A stretch of 64,000 nucleotides of DNA from Amoebidium appalachense. Lineage: Eukaryota; Protista; Ichthyosporea. Location of the stretch: assembly GCA_963693365.1 (NCBI GenBank), contig CAVNZM010000012.1, positions 4,702,409 through 4,766,408 of the forward strand, in the 5' to 3' direction. Made by a program: the position numbers and the translations under genes. Positions within the stretch are counted from its first letter, which is position 1. Each line of letters opens with the position of its first letter. Of this stretch, positions 1 through 31,149 are shown piece after piece. A model generated the notes under the pieces. That model saw only the letters and a program-made list of their open reading frames with translations. It ran no database searches and was not told the origin of the DNA.

Positions 1-635
1 TACATATGTTAAGGGATCTAGGCAGGAAATGAGGGATTAGTCTGAAGGGTCGGGACAAGGGGGAGTGAGATCTTTCACGAGGAGAAAAGACAGGAAGGAG
101 GTATAATAATTTCAAAGAGGGGGGACAGGAGAGAGGGGGATACTAATAAATCAGTGGAGTCGGGAATGAATGGAGGCAGGAAGTTGTCAAAGAGTGAATA
201 CAGGGGAGGAGGGTCACCTCGAATGAGCACAGTTAGGAAGGACGGATAGAGGGAACCTCGCAAATAATGGAGACAGGAACAAAAAGGAGGGATTTATATG
301 GGATTGGAGACAAGAAGGAGGGATGTCCTGGGTGGAAGTGTATTGCTCTTGGTGCTAAGTACAGATGGACATGGTGCCCCCCCCGGGGGGGGGGGGGGGG
401 GGAGGGGGGGGGGGGGGGGGAAGGGGGGGGGGGGGGGGGGCTTTGGGTCGAGTGGGGAGGGAGGTATCTGTGTGTGTGTGGGGGCCTTTTGAAAAAAGGG
501 TGATCGTTATCAAGGGGCAGGGGAGAACGGGTGCCCATGCCCATGTTGTATGCGTTTTTGACCATTCTCCAATATGATCCTGCCCCCTCCCCCCCCCCCC
601 CCCCCCCCCCTGCCTCCCCTCCCCTCCCGCCTTTT

Positions 636-695
<60 letters not shown>

Positions 696-727
696 CCCTC
701 CCGGTGGTGCTTTTTTTTTGTCCAAAT

Positions 728-758
<31 letters not shown>

Positions 759-787
759 TTCCCCCCCACCCCCCTCCCCCCCATCAG

Positions 788-14877
<14,090 letters not shown>

Positions 14878-15482
14878 ATCGATCATGATTGAGATAGATA
14901 CCCAATTAATTAATATTGACATTTTTTTTTTCTTCTAGTCGAACCCTGTGTAATCCGAAACTTTAAACCACCGTAGCTTTATTCAAGTTGAACCTTTGGG
15001 GTCGAAGTGATGTCTTTTTCTCTTTAAGAATGTTAAAGAATTCTGAAATCGTTCAACATTTGGTTCAATGTTTTACCGAGCAATACATAGTGTTTTGCAG
15101 CAGATGATATGTCTTTGTGTCTTTAGGAAAGTGTAACCGTGGAAATTTGGATACATTGCACTTGGTCACCCGGCCAACGTTTCGAATCTTCTCATGTTCA
15201 GTGACACCCAAATTTCTGAGATGTGTACTATGTACCAAAGCTTTGGATTATTGCACTAATATATACACATAGATATATCACATCATAGCACATCTGTATG
15301 TATGTATGTAGCAACGAAAATAATCGGGTATCGTTCAATAAAGTAGTAAGCATACGGTGTAAAATGGAAATGTAACTACACATGGGCTCCGAAATGAGTC
15401 ACTGTCCTCGTTAGAGCTCTGCGATTCAACAAACAAAATAATTAATTTGTTGGTTTTTCAAAAAAAAAAATCGAATCATGAA

Positions 15483-15521
<39 letters not shown>

Positions 15522-16080
15522 TTTCCAACAACAACAACAACAAATCACACACACACACACGCACACACAGACAACCCCCCCCCCCCCAAGAAAAGAAAAG
15601 AAAAGAAAAAGAAAAAAAGAAAATCAGAAAAAGGAAGATTAATTGAGATAGATAGATTTCAAGTCCAAAAACAAATATCTCGGGATCCGATATGGAGGCT
15701 TTGCCCCAGTCTGCGGGTTGACATGCTATTAATTCCAAACATGTACATATAGGAGGGGTAGCCTGTCAACTTTTCGAACTAGCCCACCGCCACCACCACC
15801 ACTACCAAATATACACACACATACACCCAGCGCTACCAGTTCCCCCCCCCCCCCCCCCCCCCCCCCCTTTTTTTTTTTGGTTCAACGATGATCATGTTAT
15901 GTATCACGCGTAGTCACTAAATTTTAGTAAGAACAAGCTGTTCGTGAAGCTCAACCCCTCCCCCCCCTCCCCCCCCCCCCCCCCCCCCCCCCCCCAAAAC
16001 TCCTCACCCTACACCAGAATCCATTTGGAAGCTCACTCCGGATCCACCCCCCCCCCCCCCCCCCCCCCCCCCCACCCCCC

Positions 16081-16580
16081 AATAACATGCTTTCTCGAGT
16101 AGATGATTGGTTTTCCCGAAATTTCATGAAAATTGATCATGAATAACATGCTTTCTCGAGTAGATGATTGGTGTTTCCGAAATTTCATGAAATTGCCGGG
16201 GACTCTTGTGTCTCCGGCCTTTTTTTCGCTGATGATATTGTCTTAGTCACTCACGATCCTTCTATCATGAATAACATGCTTTCTCGAGTAGATGATTGGT
16301 GTTTCCGAAATTTCATGAAAATTGCCGGGGACTCTTGTGTCTCCGGCCTTTTTTTCGCTGATGATATTGTCTTAGTCACTCACGATCCTTCTATCATGAA
16401 TAACATGCTTTCTCGAGTAGATAATTGGTGTTTCCGAAATTTCATGAAAATTGCCGGGGACTCCTGTGTCTCCCGCCTTTTTTTCGCTGATGATATTGTC
16501 TTAGTCACTCACGATCCTTCTATCATGAATAACATGCTTTCTCGAGTAGATGATTGGTGTTTTTGAAATTTCATGAAAAT
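16081..16580 (+). repeat. Tandem array of a 129-bp (43-codon) RT segment: 3 full and 2 partial copies
   Basis: The unit IAGDSCVSGLFFADDIVLVTHDPSIMNNMLSRVDDWCFRNFMK starts at 16192, 16321 and 16450; partial copies lie at 16081-16191. Confidence 0.9.
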
Positions 16581-17796
16581 TGGGATAGATAAATGCGGCA
16601 CCTTTTCTCCCAAAGCACACTACACTCTGAACAATCAACCTATCTCAATCGTGTCCTCCTATGACTATGTATTTAGATATTCCTTTCACCTCTAAGGGTA
16701 TCTGGTTTGAGCGCCTTTTGACTTCGCGCATTTCTCGTGCGCGTGGTCCCTTACATATCTATCAAGGAATATTCGCAAATATCTCTAATATTCATATTGC
16801 CAATTTGCTCACTCTTTATAAAGTTTTTCTTCGTCCATGTTTCGAATATGGCCTCCCGTTACTCTTGTGTGCCCCTCCACGGCAATAGCACGCGGCTCTT
16901 TGGGAATTCGATTCCTTTCAGCATGAATTCATCCAGTTTATTTCTCGAACCTCGCGTAGGCATCCTTTGGCGGCTCCCTTGCTGAGTGTTTTTGGTCTTC
17001 CTCCGGCGCGCCAGCGTATGAATGAAGGATTTCGCATTAGGACTTCGCTTTTGTTTTCATTTGGTTAGGCTTCCTTCTTATTCTCCTTTGTTGCAATTCT
17101 TTCCTTCTTTAGCACCTGTTCCCATTTCTAATGTTCGTGCGAAATGTCCTATCCCCAATCTATCTCCCATTCCGAGATATCCTTTTAAATACGTATCTCC
17201 TTTATTTTTCTCTTCTAGTATTTATCAGCAGTATGTTACTTGGTTTCACACTCAATATCCTTTGCTTCATCGTTGTGATAAAGAGTATCATGGTAGGGCT
17301 AGTGAGCCTGTGCTTCTTTTTATATTAGAGACTCGTCTACATTTTCTTTACAATCGTTGTGTAAATTAGCTACTTATATTTATCCTTCCTCTCGTAAACC
17401 TACCACACTTACCGATTTTGCAATTCTAACCCCTCCTTGTGATATAGCTTGGAAATGTTTGTTTTGGCGCTGTAACCTTTGTTTCCATAAATGTTTGTGC
17501 CACTTTTGTGTAGAACATTTTTCTCGTAAACACTTAGATGTATTTATTTAGCTCAGATTATTCCTTTAGAAATTAGAAGACTGGCTTATTTAGATAATCC
17601 TGATATTACGCTTATTGACTATCTGTTGAACCACCGTATGTTTAACGAGTTTTCTAGGGTGTATGATTATTTAAGTCGTTATCTCCTCCATATCCGAGAG
17701 CGAGGGCTTTTGTATTTTTCTTCTCCGAGATATCGGTGATATCTCGATGGCTTCTATTTGCTGAGCATATCAATAAAGTCATAAAAAAAAAAAAAA
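16081..17796 (+). mobile_element. 5'-truncated, degenerate non-LTR retrotransposon (LINE): RT C-terminal half, 3' UTR and poly-A
   Basis: RT motifs LFFADDIVL, DKCG, YLDIPF and YKVFLRPCFEYGLPLL, broken by frameshifts and stops. Perfect 9-bp hairpin CGAGATATC-ggt-GATATCTCG at 17726-17746, then AATAAA and an A-tail near 17783-17796. Confidence 0.85.
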
Positions 17797-17818
17797 CACG
17801 CACACACGCACACAAGCG

Positions 17819-17929
<111 letters not shown>

Positions 17930-20070
17930 GCTTCTGAAATTAAGAATGTCCAGCCCCCCTCTTCCCCCGGGCCCCCCTCCAAAAACAAACAAAAAAAAAC
18001 AAAAAAACAAAAAAAAAAACAACAAAAAAAAACAACAACTTTCAAAAACGCGCAAGTGATACCCGCCCTCTGTGTTTTACGGTATTATGGGACTTGTTAA
18101 TGACAACAAATTACAATACTGACAAACAGCTAATCGCAATTGCTGCTTGCTAATTTGATAAATGAGCCAGATGTGTCGATCTAATGAGCGCTAATCAAAG
18201 CCGCACGTTCTAACAGCAGCTAACGAGGTTTAGGCGTTTTCTTAGCTTAGAGTGCGGAGCGTTCAAGTCTCCTTTGCTTGACAAGTAAATCTAGCCTGAA
18301 AATTGGCAGAGGAGGTTTTCTTGAGTGTATCTGTACTGTAGCGGGGTATGTAGCCGTTTTGTTCGCCTCCTGCGGGAAGTGACACTTCCTCTTTTCACTA
18401 AGTCAGGTAATATGGTACGTCACGTAATATTTTGAAAACAAGAAAATCCTACATACGGCACTTGATAATGGGGTTATATGACTCTCTGCCAATATTGGTT
18501 GCATGTTTATATGTGGGTGGTGTCACAACACGGTATAATGAGTACGTTTGGCGGGCCCGGAAGTCCACTCCGAAAACTTTGTTCTGCAATGCGGTGTAGG
18601 TTTCCCGCCAGTCACATTTAGGTATCCAATCATGAGCCGCGGCTCTGCATTTTGGCGCTAAGACATCCTGGGCATTGGCGATGTTGATTGGTTCAATAAA
18701 GTAGGCTGCGCTGTCGAAAGATCCTCGTCGGTACCAAAACAACAAATACAATGGCGTTGATGGAGCAATAATACACAAACAAAAGTCATTATAAAATTAT
18801 AAATAATAATATCTCAATAAATAATTCATAGAGGCCTAAATTGTACGCTTGTACAACTGCCAGGTTCATTATTTATGTTCGGTGCCTAAAGGATTGGTTA
18901 GATATCACGTTTATAAGTGTACATATGTTACGGTCTCTTGTTGTAGCAGTGTAGAAAAAAGGAAAAAAGGACTGCTGTGAGCATTACACCAAGTGCGACC
19001 ACAAAAGGTTTATGATATTGTAATGATTGATTATAAATACATACGTGTGCCTTATGTATAATGATCTGTACATGCTGGAACACATTGACCTGGTCTCTTC
19101 CTTTCAGTACTAGTGATAGCTGTGGTAAGTGGTGCGTGTACAGCTAGTGTACAGCTAGAGGCTGTGTGTTCGGATGCTATCTCTTGTTATAAGATCTGTT
19201 GCCCCCCTCTAACCGCGAGTATATACACCTTTACAAACCTGAGTGGCCTCACAGTAGGTAGCGCGTACAGTAGGTTACTTGCTAGATGATTATATAGCAC
19301 ACGTTAGTGTGGTTTCTGCAGTAAGCGCTCAAAACGTATTTCAGTGCGGCCACCATTGCAAGTAACTGTCAAGTGTAGCTTCGCGCAGGGCCCAGTGCTG
19401 CTCCATCACAATGCACAGGCATTTTCGATATTGGTCACCCTCTGGCAGCGAGCTGGGTTACACGAATACAATGGCCGTTCAGTCTCTTTGTTGTGAAACC
19501 AAGTCACGAACCTGATGAGCTTACAAGCCCTCCTTTGTTCTTTCCCAAAACTACACGCGCCCACGCCCATGCACACACACACTCACGCGCGCGCACACAC
19601 ACACTCACACATGCATACACGCACACGCACACGCACACGCACACGCGCACGCACGCACACACGCACACATACACACACGCACACACAGACACAGACACAG
19701 TCAGACACCCAGTAACACACACGCGCCTGCGCGTGCACACACACATGCACGCACATAAACACACCTACTCCCACACAAGCATACACATAAAACACACAGA
19801 CACATCCTCACGCATACACTCACACACAGACATGCACACACATTCAGACAAACACAGACAACACACCCACACACACACACAACCACACGAACACCCACCC
19901 ACCCACACCAACCCACACACACACACATACACCGTGGCATAAACACACCCTTTCGCACACAAGAGTACGCACAAACACATCCTCACACACACACGCACAC
20001 CCACACACAGACATACACACCCACACAAGACACACCCACACCCACCCACCCACACACACACAGCGCGCAC

Positions 20071-20101
<31 letters not shown>

Positions 20102-22099
20102 CCGCAGCTACATGTGTTGCGCAAGCTAAATCAAACCTCCCTCCTCCCCCACCCGCACCCGTGGGCCCATACTGCGCACATATAAGCACGCACAACCAAG
20201 CAGATTTGCTTGCAGAAGTTCCTGCCCCCCACAAGGCCTTCCCCTTCCCGGTTCCTGAGATGCTTGTGCCCGCCTCCCCCCCAACCCCCCTCCCCCTCTC
20301 TCCGTCCCTTCCACGCCTCCCCCTTGTCAATTAACTGCCCAGTTCCCATGATGATTGTACTTGTTTATATGTAACTCCCAGACTTTATTGCGGGGTGCCT
20401 GGGCGAGGGGCTTACAACCTTTTTCTGTTAGGGACTGCCGAAAGTCTCCGCACAAGAAATCAGCACACAACACGGATGATGTCGAAAAGTGGGGAAACAG
20501 CTTGCGGTCAGCCGCACACCGCAAACCCCCACCCGTCAGTCGCAAACATGCCGGCGCCGTATACGTAGTGCGCACGGCTTGGTAAAGAAAGGGAAACGGA
20601 AGTCCGGCACTGTCAGTCACCAGCGCGCTCATCATGGATCATGAGAGCTCTGATCTCAGCGGAGAATTTGAAGCCCCGGGATTCTGACCCATAAATACAT
20701 ATTTCAAACAATAAATTATTGATTCGTATTGGATAACAAAATTTATACTCCTTGCGATCAGACCATAGAATATCCCAGTTTGTTCCGACCAATCATATTT
20801 CTTACATTTACTAACCTTATAAGTTTCAATCTTACCAAAAGCTACCAATCAAAATCGATGTGAAATTGGCAGTCGGGCGCAAAGTCACCAGAGGCCCGGT
20901 TCCCTTAAGTTTACATAGGGTATCAAGGCAGCTTGAAGCCTTGAAAAAGCAACATTCAACTTCTCTTTTTCTCAACAATTTTGGCAAGTCATCCATGATC
21001 AGATCCATGATCATATACTGTAGGCGAAGCTTGCACAAGCTACCCAAGGGACCAGAGCATCACGCTCTAACTTGTAAGTTATTCGATTAGATTATTGCGC
21101 ACCAGGAGTTGTCTTCAGAGACTTCCTGGCTCAAAGGGTTCCCAATTTTATTGATGTGTGTAAAAACAATAAAGCATGTGTTCCAATAAGAAACTCTGAC
21201 AGATGTTTCTAAATAAATACAAAAAAAACATTTTTATAAAGACAGTGAGTTTTTTTGTGTAAAATAATAACTTATCTTTATGCCTTATGCGGTTAAGCGC
21301 ATTTACAAAGCCAGGGAAAAACCACACAGGCCCCTTGCAGGGAACAGTTTGGGGGGATTGGGGCACATCATCAGACAACATACTAAGTCACAGGATTGCC
21401 TTCTGAGAATCCAAATGCTTTCAACTTTAGTCGTGCACTGACAGCTGAGATCGGCTGGAATCGGCAGGGATCGGCAAACCAGTTGCCAGTCAATCGCAAA
21501 GAGATCGATAAAGATGAAAGCCTGCACTTACACGGCAGTACTACCCTAAATCTAAGTGCCGATCGTGAGTGCAAGATAACAGAAACTGAGTGAGAGCAAA
21601 GGGCGGGTTGGGTTGGGTATAAGTGGCGCTGAGTGAGGGAATGGTTCGGTTCGTGTGACAAGCCAGATTGCCAGATTGCCAGATTTTTTTTTACCGGTAA
21701 AAGTCCGCCATTCAGATCGAGCCATTATAAAACTAAATTTCGTATTAATGCCAGAATTTATCCACCCCCTTTCCAGATGCGGATTTTAGAAAGGGGGGGG
21801 GGGGGGGGGGGGGGGGGTTTCCAGATGACGGCCGTGCAGGGATTGGGTAACCCAGGCCGCCAGAATGCAAGCGTAACCAATCCGCAGGTGCCTCCACAAA
21901 GGCTGCTTGGCCGTGTGACACAGCGTACGACAAAACGACAAAACGATACCTGTCACAACCGTAGTGTTGACAAAAGAGACGATTCCCTCTTCCTTTCATC
22001 TGATTTATTTGTATTTTTATTTGCGGATAACTCTCTTTCGCCCTCGTCTGTACCTTGCCCTTTGTCTTTTCCTTGTAGGGTCTCTCTTGAGACGGGAAA

Positions 22100-22287
22100 A
22101 TGGGCGACCCAGATGAACACCACCGGCGGGTTGTGGCTACTATATTGCTCCTAACGTGTTACTCCGCCGCATTTTTGGCCTATACGTCCATAAACGCAAC
22201 CGCTCTGGATCACACGCCTGCGTACTACCTAACTCGACCCTCTTTACTCCATCCCAAAATCGAGGAAACGCCTTGGTCCCGTTTGTG
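22100..22287 (+). pseudogene. First exon of a Harbinger/PHIS-like (DDE_Tnp_4-type) transposase; the remainder was not found
   Basis: ATG-initiated MGDPDEHHRRVVATILLL...YYLTRPSLLHPKIEETPWSRLW ending at a GTAAGG donor. YLTRPxLL.P....TPWxRLW resembles the N-terminus of fungal/protist Harbinger-like transposases (recalled, not searched). Confidence 0.6.
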
Positions 22288-22923
22288 GTAAGGATGCGCC
22301 AGACACAGTCATTCCACTTTTGGCCTTCTGTCTCTCCCACTGTCTCCGTGCATCTTTCATTGACTAAGCATGCATGCATGCCAACACAGGCTCAAAAGCA
22401 CATGTGCACCCATGCATCCACGCAAACCCAAACCCGCACACACACCCACATACAAGCTTGCGAGCGCAGCACACACACACAGACACACTCAGACACACAC
22501 ACACCCACGCACACACACACCCACACACTCACCATGCCTTAATGCGTGCACGCGAGCACACACGAACACACACGCACACATACACACACACGCGCCGTGA
22601 CATCCACCTGCGCGCATGCGTGCACGCGCGCACACACACACACACGTATTCACACACACACACACTCTCTCTCTCCGACTCTCCCTCCCTCCCTGTCCCT
22701 CTCTCTCTCTGTCTCTTTCTCTCTGTCCTAACAGGCCTCTAGTTTATCTCACACGTGCACACACACACCCTTCAATACGCGCACACGCGCACATAAGCAC
22801 ACGCGAGCACACACACACACACACAAGCCCGCGCGCGCGCATGCACACATACACAAACACTCGTACGTGTGCACGCGTGATGTGGGCACCCACCCGCCCA
22901 CACACACACACGCACACACACAT

Positions 22924-22975
<52 letters not shown>

Positions 22976-23147
22976 CGTGCCACAGCCTGTGACACACAAG
23001 CTCACTCTGAGACACACACACACACAGACACACACACACACGCACAAAACACATACACCCCCCCCCCCCTTTCCACACACAAACACGATACATACACACA
23101 CACACACAAACACACACACACAAACAAACACACACTGTGACACACAC

Positions 23148-23186
<39 letters not shown>

Positions 23187-23191
23187 TTGAG

Positions 23192-23226
<35 letters not shown>

Positions 23227-23335
23227 CACACACAAACCAACACACACACACACGCACACAAACACACAAACACACACACACACACACACACGCACGCACG
23301 CGCGCGCGTGCTCGTGCGTGCGCATACATGCGCAC

Positions 23336-23411
<76 letters not shown>

Positions 23412-23864
23412 TTACATGCCCCCCCTCCCCTCTCCCGGGCCCTTCGCCGTACGATTAGCTCCGTGGTGGTCTTTCAAGTGTAGAATGCACGGGGACCTCA
23501 CCCAAGTATGGGGTGGAGTGTGTGGGTGTGTGGGGTGTCGGTGGGTCGGAATGTGTGCCAGTGGGGGTGTGGGAGAGCGTGCGTGTGTGTGCATGTGCGC
23601 TTTGTATGGGTATGTGTGTGCGTGTGTGCGTGCGTGCGTGCGTGCGTACCTGGTTGCCTGCGTGCGTGCGTGCTTGCGTGTGTGGGTGGATGGGTGCGTG
23701 CGTGCGTGCGTGCGTGCGTCCGTCCGTGCGAGCGTGCTTACTACGTGTATGTGTGTGTGTGTGCGTGTGTGTGTGTGTGCGTGTTTGTGTGTGTGTGTAT
23801 GTGTGTGTGTGTGTGTGTGTCTGTGTGTGTGTGTGTGTGTGCGTGTGTGTGTGTGTTTGTGTGT

Positions 23865-23903
<39 letters not shown>

Positions 23904-23964
23904 CGTGCGTGCGTCCGTGCGTCTGTGCGTATGTGCGTGCGTGCTTTCGTGTGTGCGTGCATGT

Positions 23965-25204
23965 GTACTTGACAGCGTACTTGACAGGAAACAACCCGAA
24001 AGATGCAAGAATGGTGCAAAGAGCGCGTTCTTTTCGGCCTGTCAAACTGTCAACTACACACGTTAGAAAGCCTTCGAGCTCTTCTGCGAACTGTTCGCGC
24101 TGGCGGAAGGTCGTGCATACGACCCCGTAAGCGACAAGTGGGAACCAACCACACAGGTGTCGGACCAAACCGATGCCTAATTTATCCTTCTTCTTCTGGA
24201 ATGCTCGGACACTGGGCCCCCAAAAGGGCCTCCCCCCCGGGACACTCGACGATAAAATCAGCTACATACAACAACAGACAAACAACCACACGTTTACAGT
24301 GATTTGCGAAACACAGTTTAAAAACCACCACAAATTCAACTCTACATTGGTCGACACATCCACACACCCCGGTTACGCGAAAAACCGAGGCATTATTGTA
24401 CTTGCCGCACCACACGTGAGAGTGAAGTGCAAACCGGTAGCAAAAACGGAATTCTCGGTTTCTATAGAGTTTCTTTCTAATGTTTTTACTTTTGTATATT
24501 ACCCACCATCTATGTCGGTTGTCGAATTGACTCACGAGTTGTCACAGTTACCAATGTCCACTGTTATTTTAGGTGATTTTAACACGCGACTCCACCACAC
24601 AGACACACTGCAAGTGAGTGTCGGGTACCCATCTAAGCCCCCGGAGCGTGCTATCCCTTTAGCAAGGTATGTCCAAAGTCACACTTTGCGGTTCCCTCAA
24701 ATATCCCATGCCCACAACACCAACTGGGGAGTGGCCTTTTGGCCATCAACCATGTCAAAACTCTCTCTCCCTCCTAACCTCTCTAGGTCATCTGACCACT
24801 CTCCTATCCTTTTCCTACCTAAGATCTCCCTTGATCTGCTCCCCCCTCCCCCTCCCACCTTTCGCCTCCGTCTATCCCAGCTTAAGTCACAGTGGGGTAG
24901 AGTTGATGTATGTGTATGCTATGCTACGAAACACCCTATATATATGCGCCTATTAGAATCTGCACAAGCCAGGCCAGATTCACATCTCGTACTAGATACA
25001 TGCACTAACTTTATTGTTGATGATTTGATAGATCTCGGTGATTATGCTGGCGGTGGTAGGAAGGAATATCCCGATGCTCTCTTGTTACCAAACACCACTC
25101 CCGCTAGACTAGGTGAACCCCTGTCTCAAAAGGAAAGCTTGCGCCGGCTTGCTAGTATGAATCGATTTGGCCCCCCTGCTCGTATTATTGGTGATACCAC
25201 TGGA
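23965..25204 (+). mobile_element. 3'-truncated copy of the APE-RT LINE: probable ORF1 tail plus endonuclease domain
   Basis: 24127-25204 is nearly identical to 36527-37604 (offset 12400; differences seen at 24151 and 24722). ORF 24173-25213 has APE motifs WNAR, CET, GDFN and SDH. An upstream frame (KAFELFCELFALAEGRAYDPVSDKWEPTTQVSDQTDA*) ends in a TAA overlapping the ORF start (ATGCCTAA). Confidence 0.9.
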
Positions 25205-27008
25205 AACAGATAATGGGAGAAATTGTAAAGTTTACATTTTGTGACGTGGTGCCACAACGGGGGTATTTTATTAGCATACGAATAGTAAATGCTGAGCTGG
25301 GGACCCGGCAGGAAAGATATCGACCAACGGGGACGGCCCGTCATGAGCGGTGTTCGGATACAAAAACACAGCAAAATATTGACATGAAAACATCCGAACG
25401 GGGCCTGCACGTTCGTGTCAAATTATTCATATCATATCCAATTCGGATTCTGAGAGTCCACCAAGAAGACAAAACGAACAAAAAACGTGCCCATCACAGA
25501 TTTGTGGTGAAACACGTCTTCGGGGAAACACGTATTCCGGAATATATATTAGAATCAAAATAAGCATGTTCCAGGAGCCATACGACGTGTCTGCAAGTCC
25601 ACGAGCAAGACGTTATAGAAGTTAGACAGTATTGATACAAACATATTCCGGAATACGATATTATGGGACAAGTGGTTTTGCTGTGGTTTGGGTCACGTAA
25701 AGATCTCATAGCTGAGCAGTCCCCAACGTGCAGAAAAACACATATTCCGGAATATGTTAATCGGCCTATTGCAAACCCAGTTTTGTGCATTCTCAACCAT
25801 ACATGCCCGTGCTATGGACCAGAAAAACTGATACACTTATTGGTGTCAAGAGAACCAACCCAACCCCACCCCAATCCCAACCACCATCTACTCGAGCTAG
25901 TAGAGACAAAAGCCCTAAAACATAACATAACACAACATAACACAAAAAAAAAAAACATAAGCCCGTTCGTTCGTTTGTTCGTTCCATGAGCATGTAAAAA
26001 TATGTCAAGATAAAATGTGGCTGAAGGACAGGAAGCCGTTTATTCATTCAATCATTCATTCATTCTTTACTTTCACTGAACGACGAGTGAATTCTTTAGA
26101 ACATGTGTTTCAATACAAATATTGATGCAAATGAATACAAATTTATATATACCCACAGGGTATAACGTGATGGTCATTCGAGCAAACATCATGGTCATTG
26201 CAGCTGTTGTTGTCGTCATTTGGGGCGCAAGCGCTTTGCAATCGGCTAGAAAAACATACTAAGCGGCAAAGGTGGGGGTGGGCTGTCGGCATCATACTCA
26301 GCGTCTACACGGTGGGTTGCATGGTGTTGAGTGCTTTCCTGAATGATATCAGGTTCTCGGACACCATGTTCTTGACCTATGTTTGTGTGTGTGCGTGTGC
26401 GCGTGTGTGCGTGGGTGTGCGTGTGCGTGTGCGTGTGCGTGTGCGATAGATTGTTAGCAGACATATTTTCAACAAAAGTCAAAAAAATTTCCTAGAATAT
26501 CCTTTTCACCATCCGTAAAACCATTCATCTTCCGGTCGCATTCTTCCAGTCCTGCGATATAAAGACCCGTGCTTTTCAATGTGGCGAATTGAGTTATACA
26601 ATCTGTATGTGGACAACAAGTTGTCAAGGCGTAAGGCAATGCATGGTTCGTTGATAGCACGTAGCATCCTTTTCACCGTGTCGCGTGTTTTTGACCAATT
26701 TTTGGTATAGGTGTAAAATCGGTACGCCTTTGATTTTCGATCAGAAGCGCATCAATGATACGATACCTATGGATTGGATACACACTTTGTGTATTGCCAG
26801 TCATATCTTTGGGCAGACGTCCTTTATATCTACATGTATTAGAGGGGAATAAGGGAATGGTTCATAGTTTTCCCTAGCTCAACTCCCAAAAGACGCCCCC
26901 GGGGGGGGGGGGGCAAATTGAAAATGTTATGATACGAGACCCTGAGACGAGTAAATCTACTCACATATGATGTGACAGCTTCTACGTATTTCTGTATAAC
27001 AGGCTCAC

Positions 27009-30805
<3,797 letters not shown>

Positions 30806-31149
30806 ACGTATGTACAATTCAAACCCAAGTGGGGTGGATGGGTGTAATGTGTGTATTGTTTTGGGAGGGTGGAAGGGGAGGGGGGAGGGGGGGGGGGGGG
30901 GGGGGGCGTTTGTATGTACATGTGGACTTTGAGAGTCCCGCATGCCAGGTCGACCGGCCCAAAGATGTTGATAACATGTGTTTTGTGTGATCTCCTAATT
31001 AGAGGACGCCCCGACTGAATAGAGAGAGCACTCCGTCAATCATGTGCGGGCCGTGTCAGGCGAACATTCCTTGGCACTGCTTGAGTTTCTTATGTTTTTA
31101 TCCAATCGTTAGAGGCCCGCGTCATGCGGGCATTCCACAACTTGCGACC

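Noticed and set aside
1-375. Purine-rich unique stretch, possibly a minus-strand retroelement fragment or an upstream SEL1 exon
   Set aside because: No recognisable motif and no convincing phase-compatible exon borders.
18060-21600. Short ORFs (18449-18778, 20327-20635, 20832-21047) in non-repetitive sequence
   Set aside because: No recognisable domain or coherent exon chain; may be decayed TE or gene sequence but cannot be supported.
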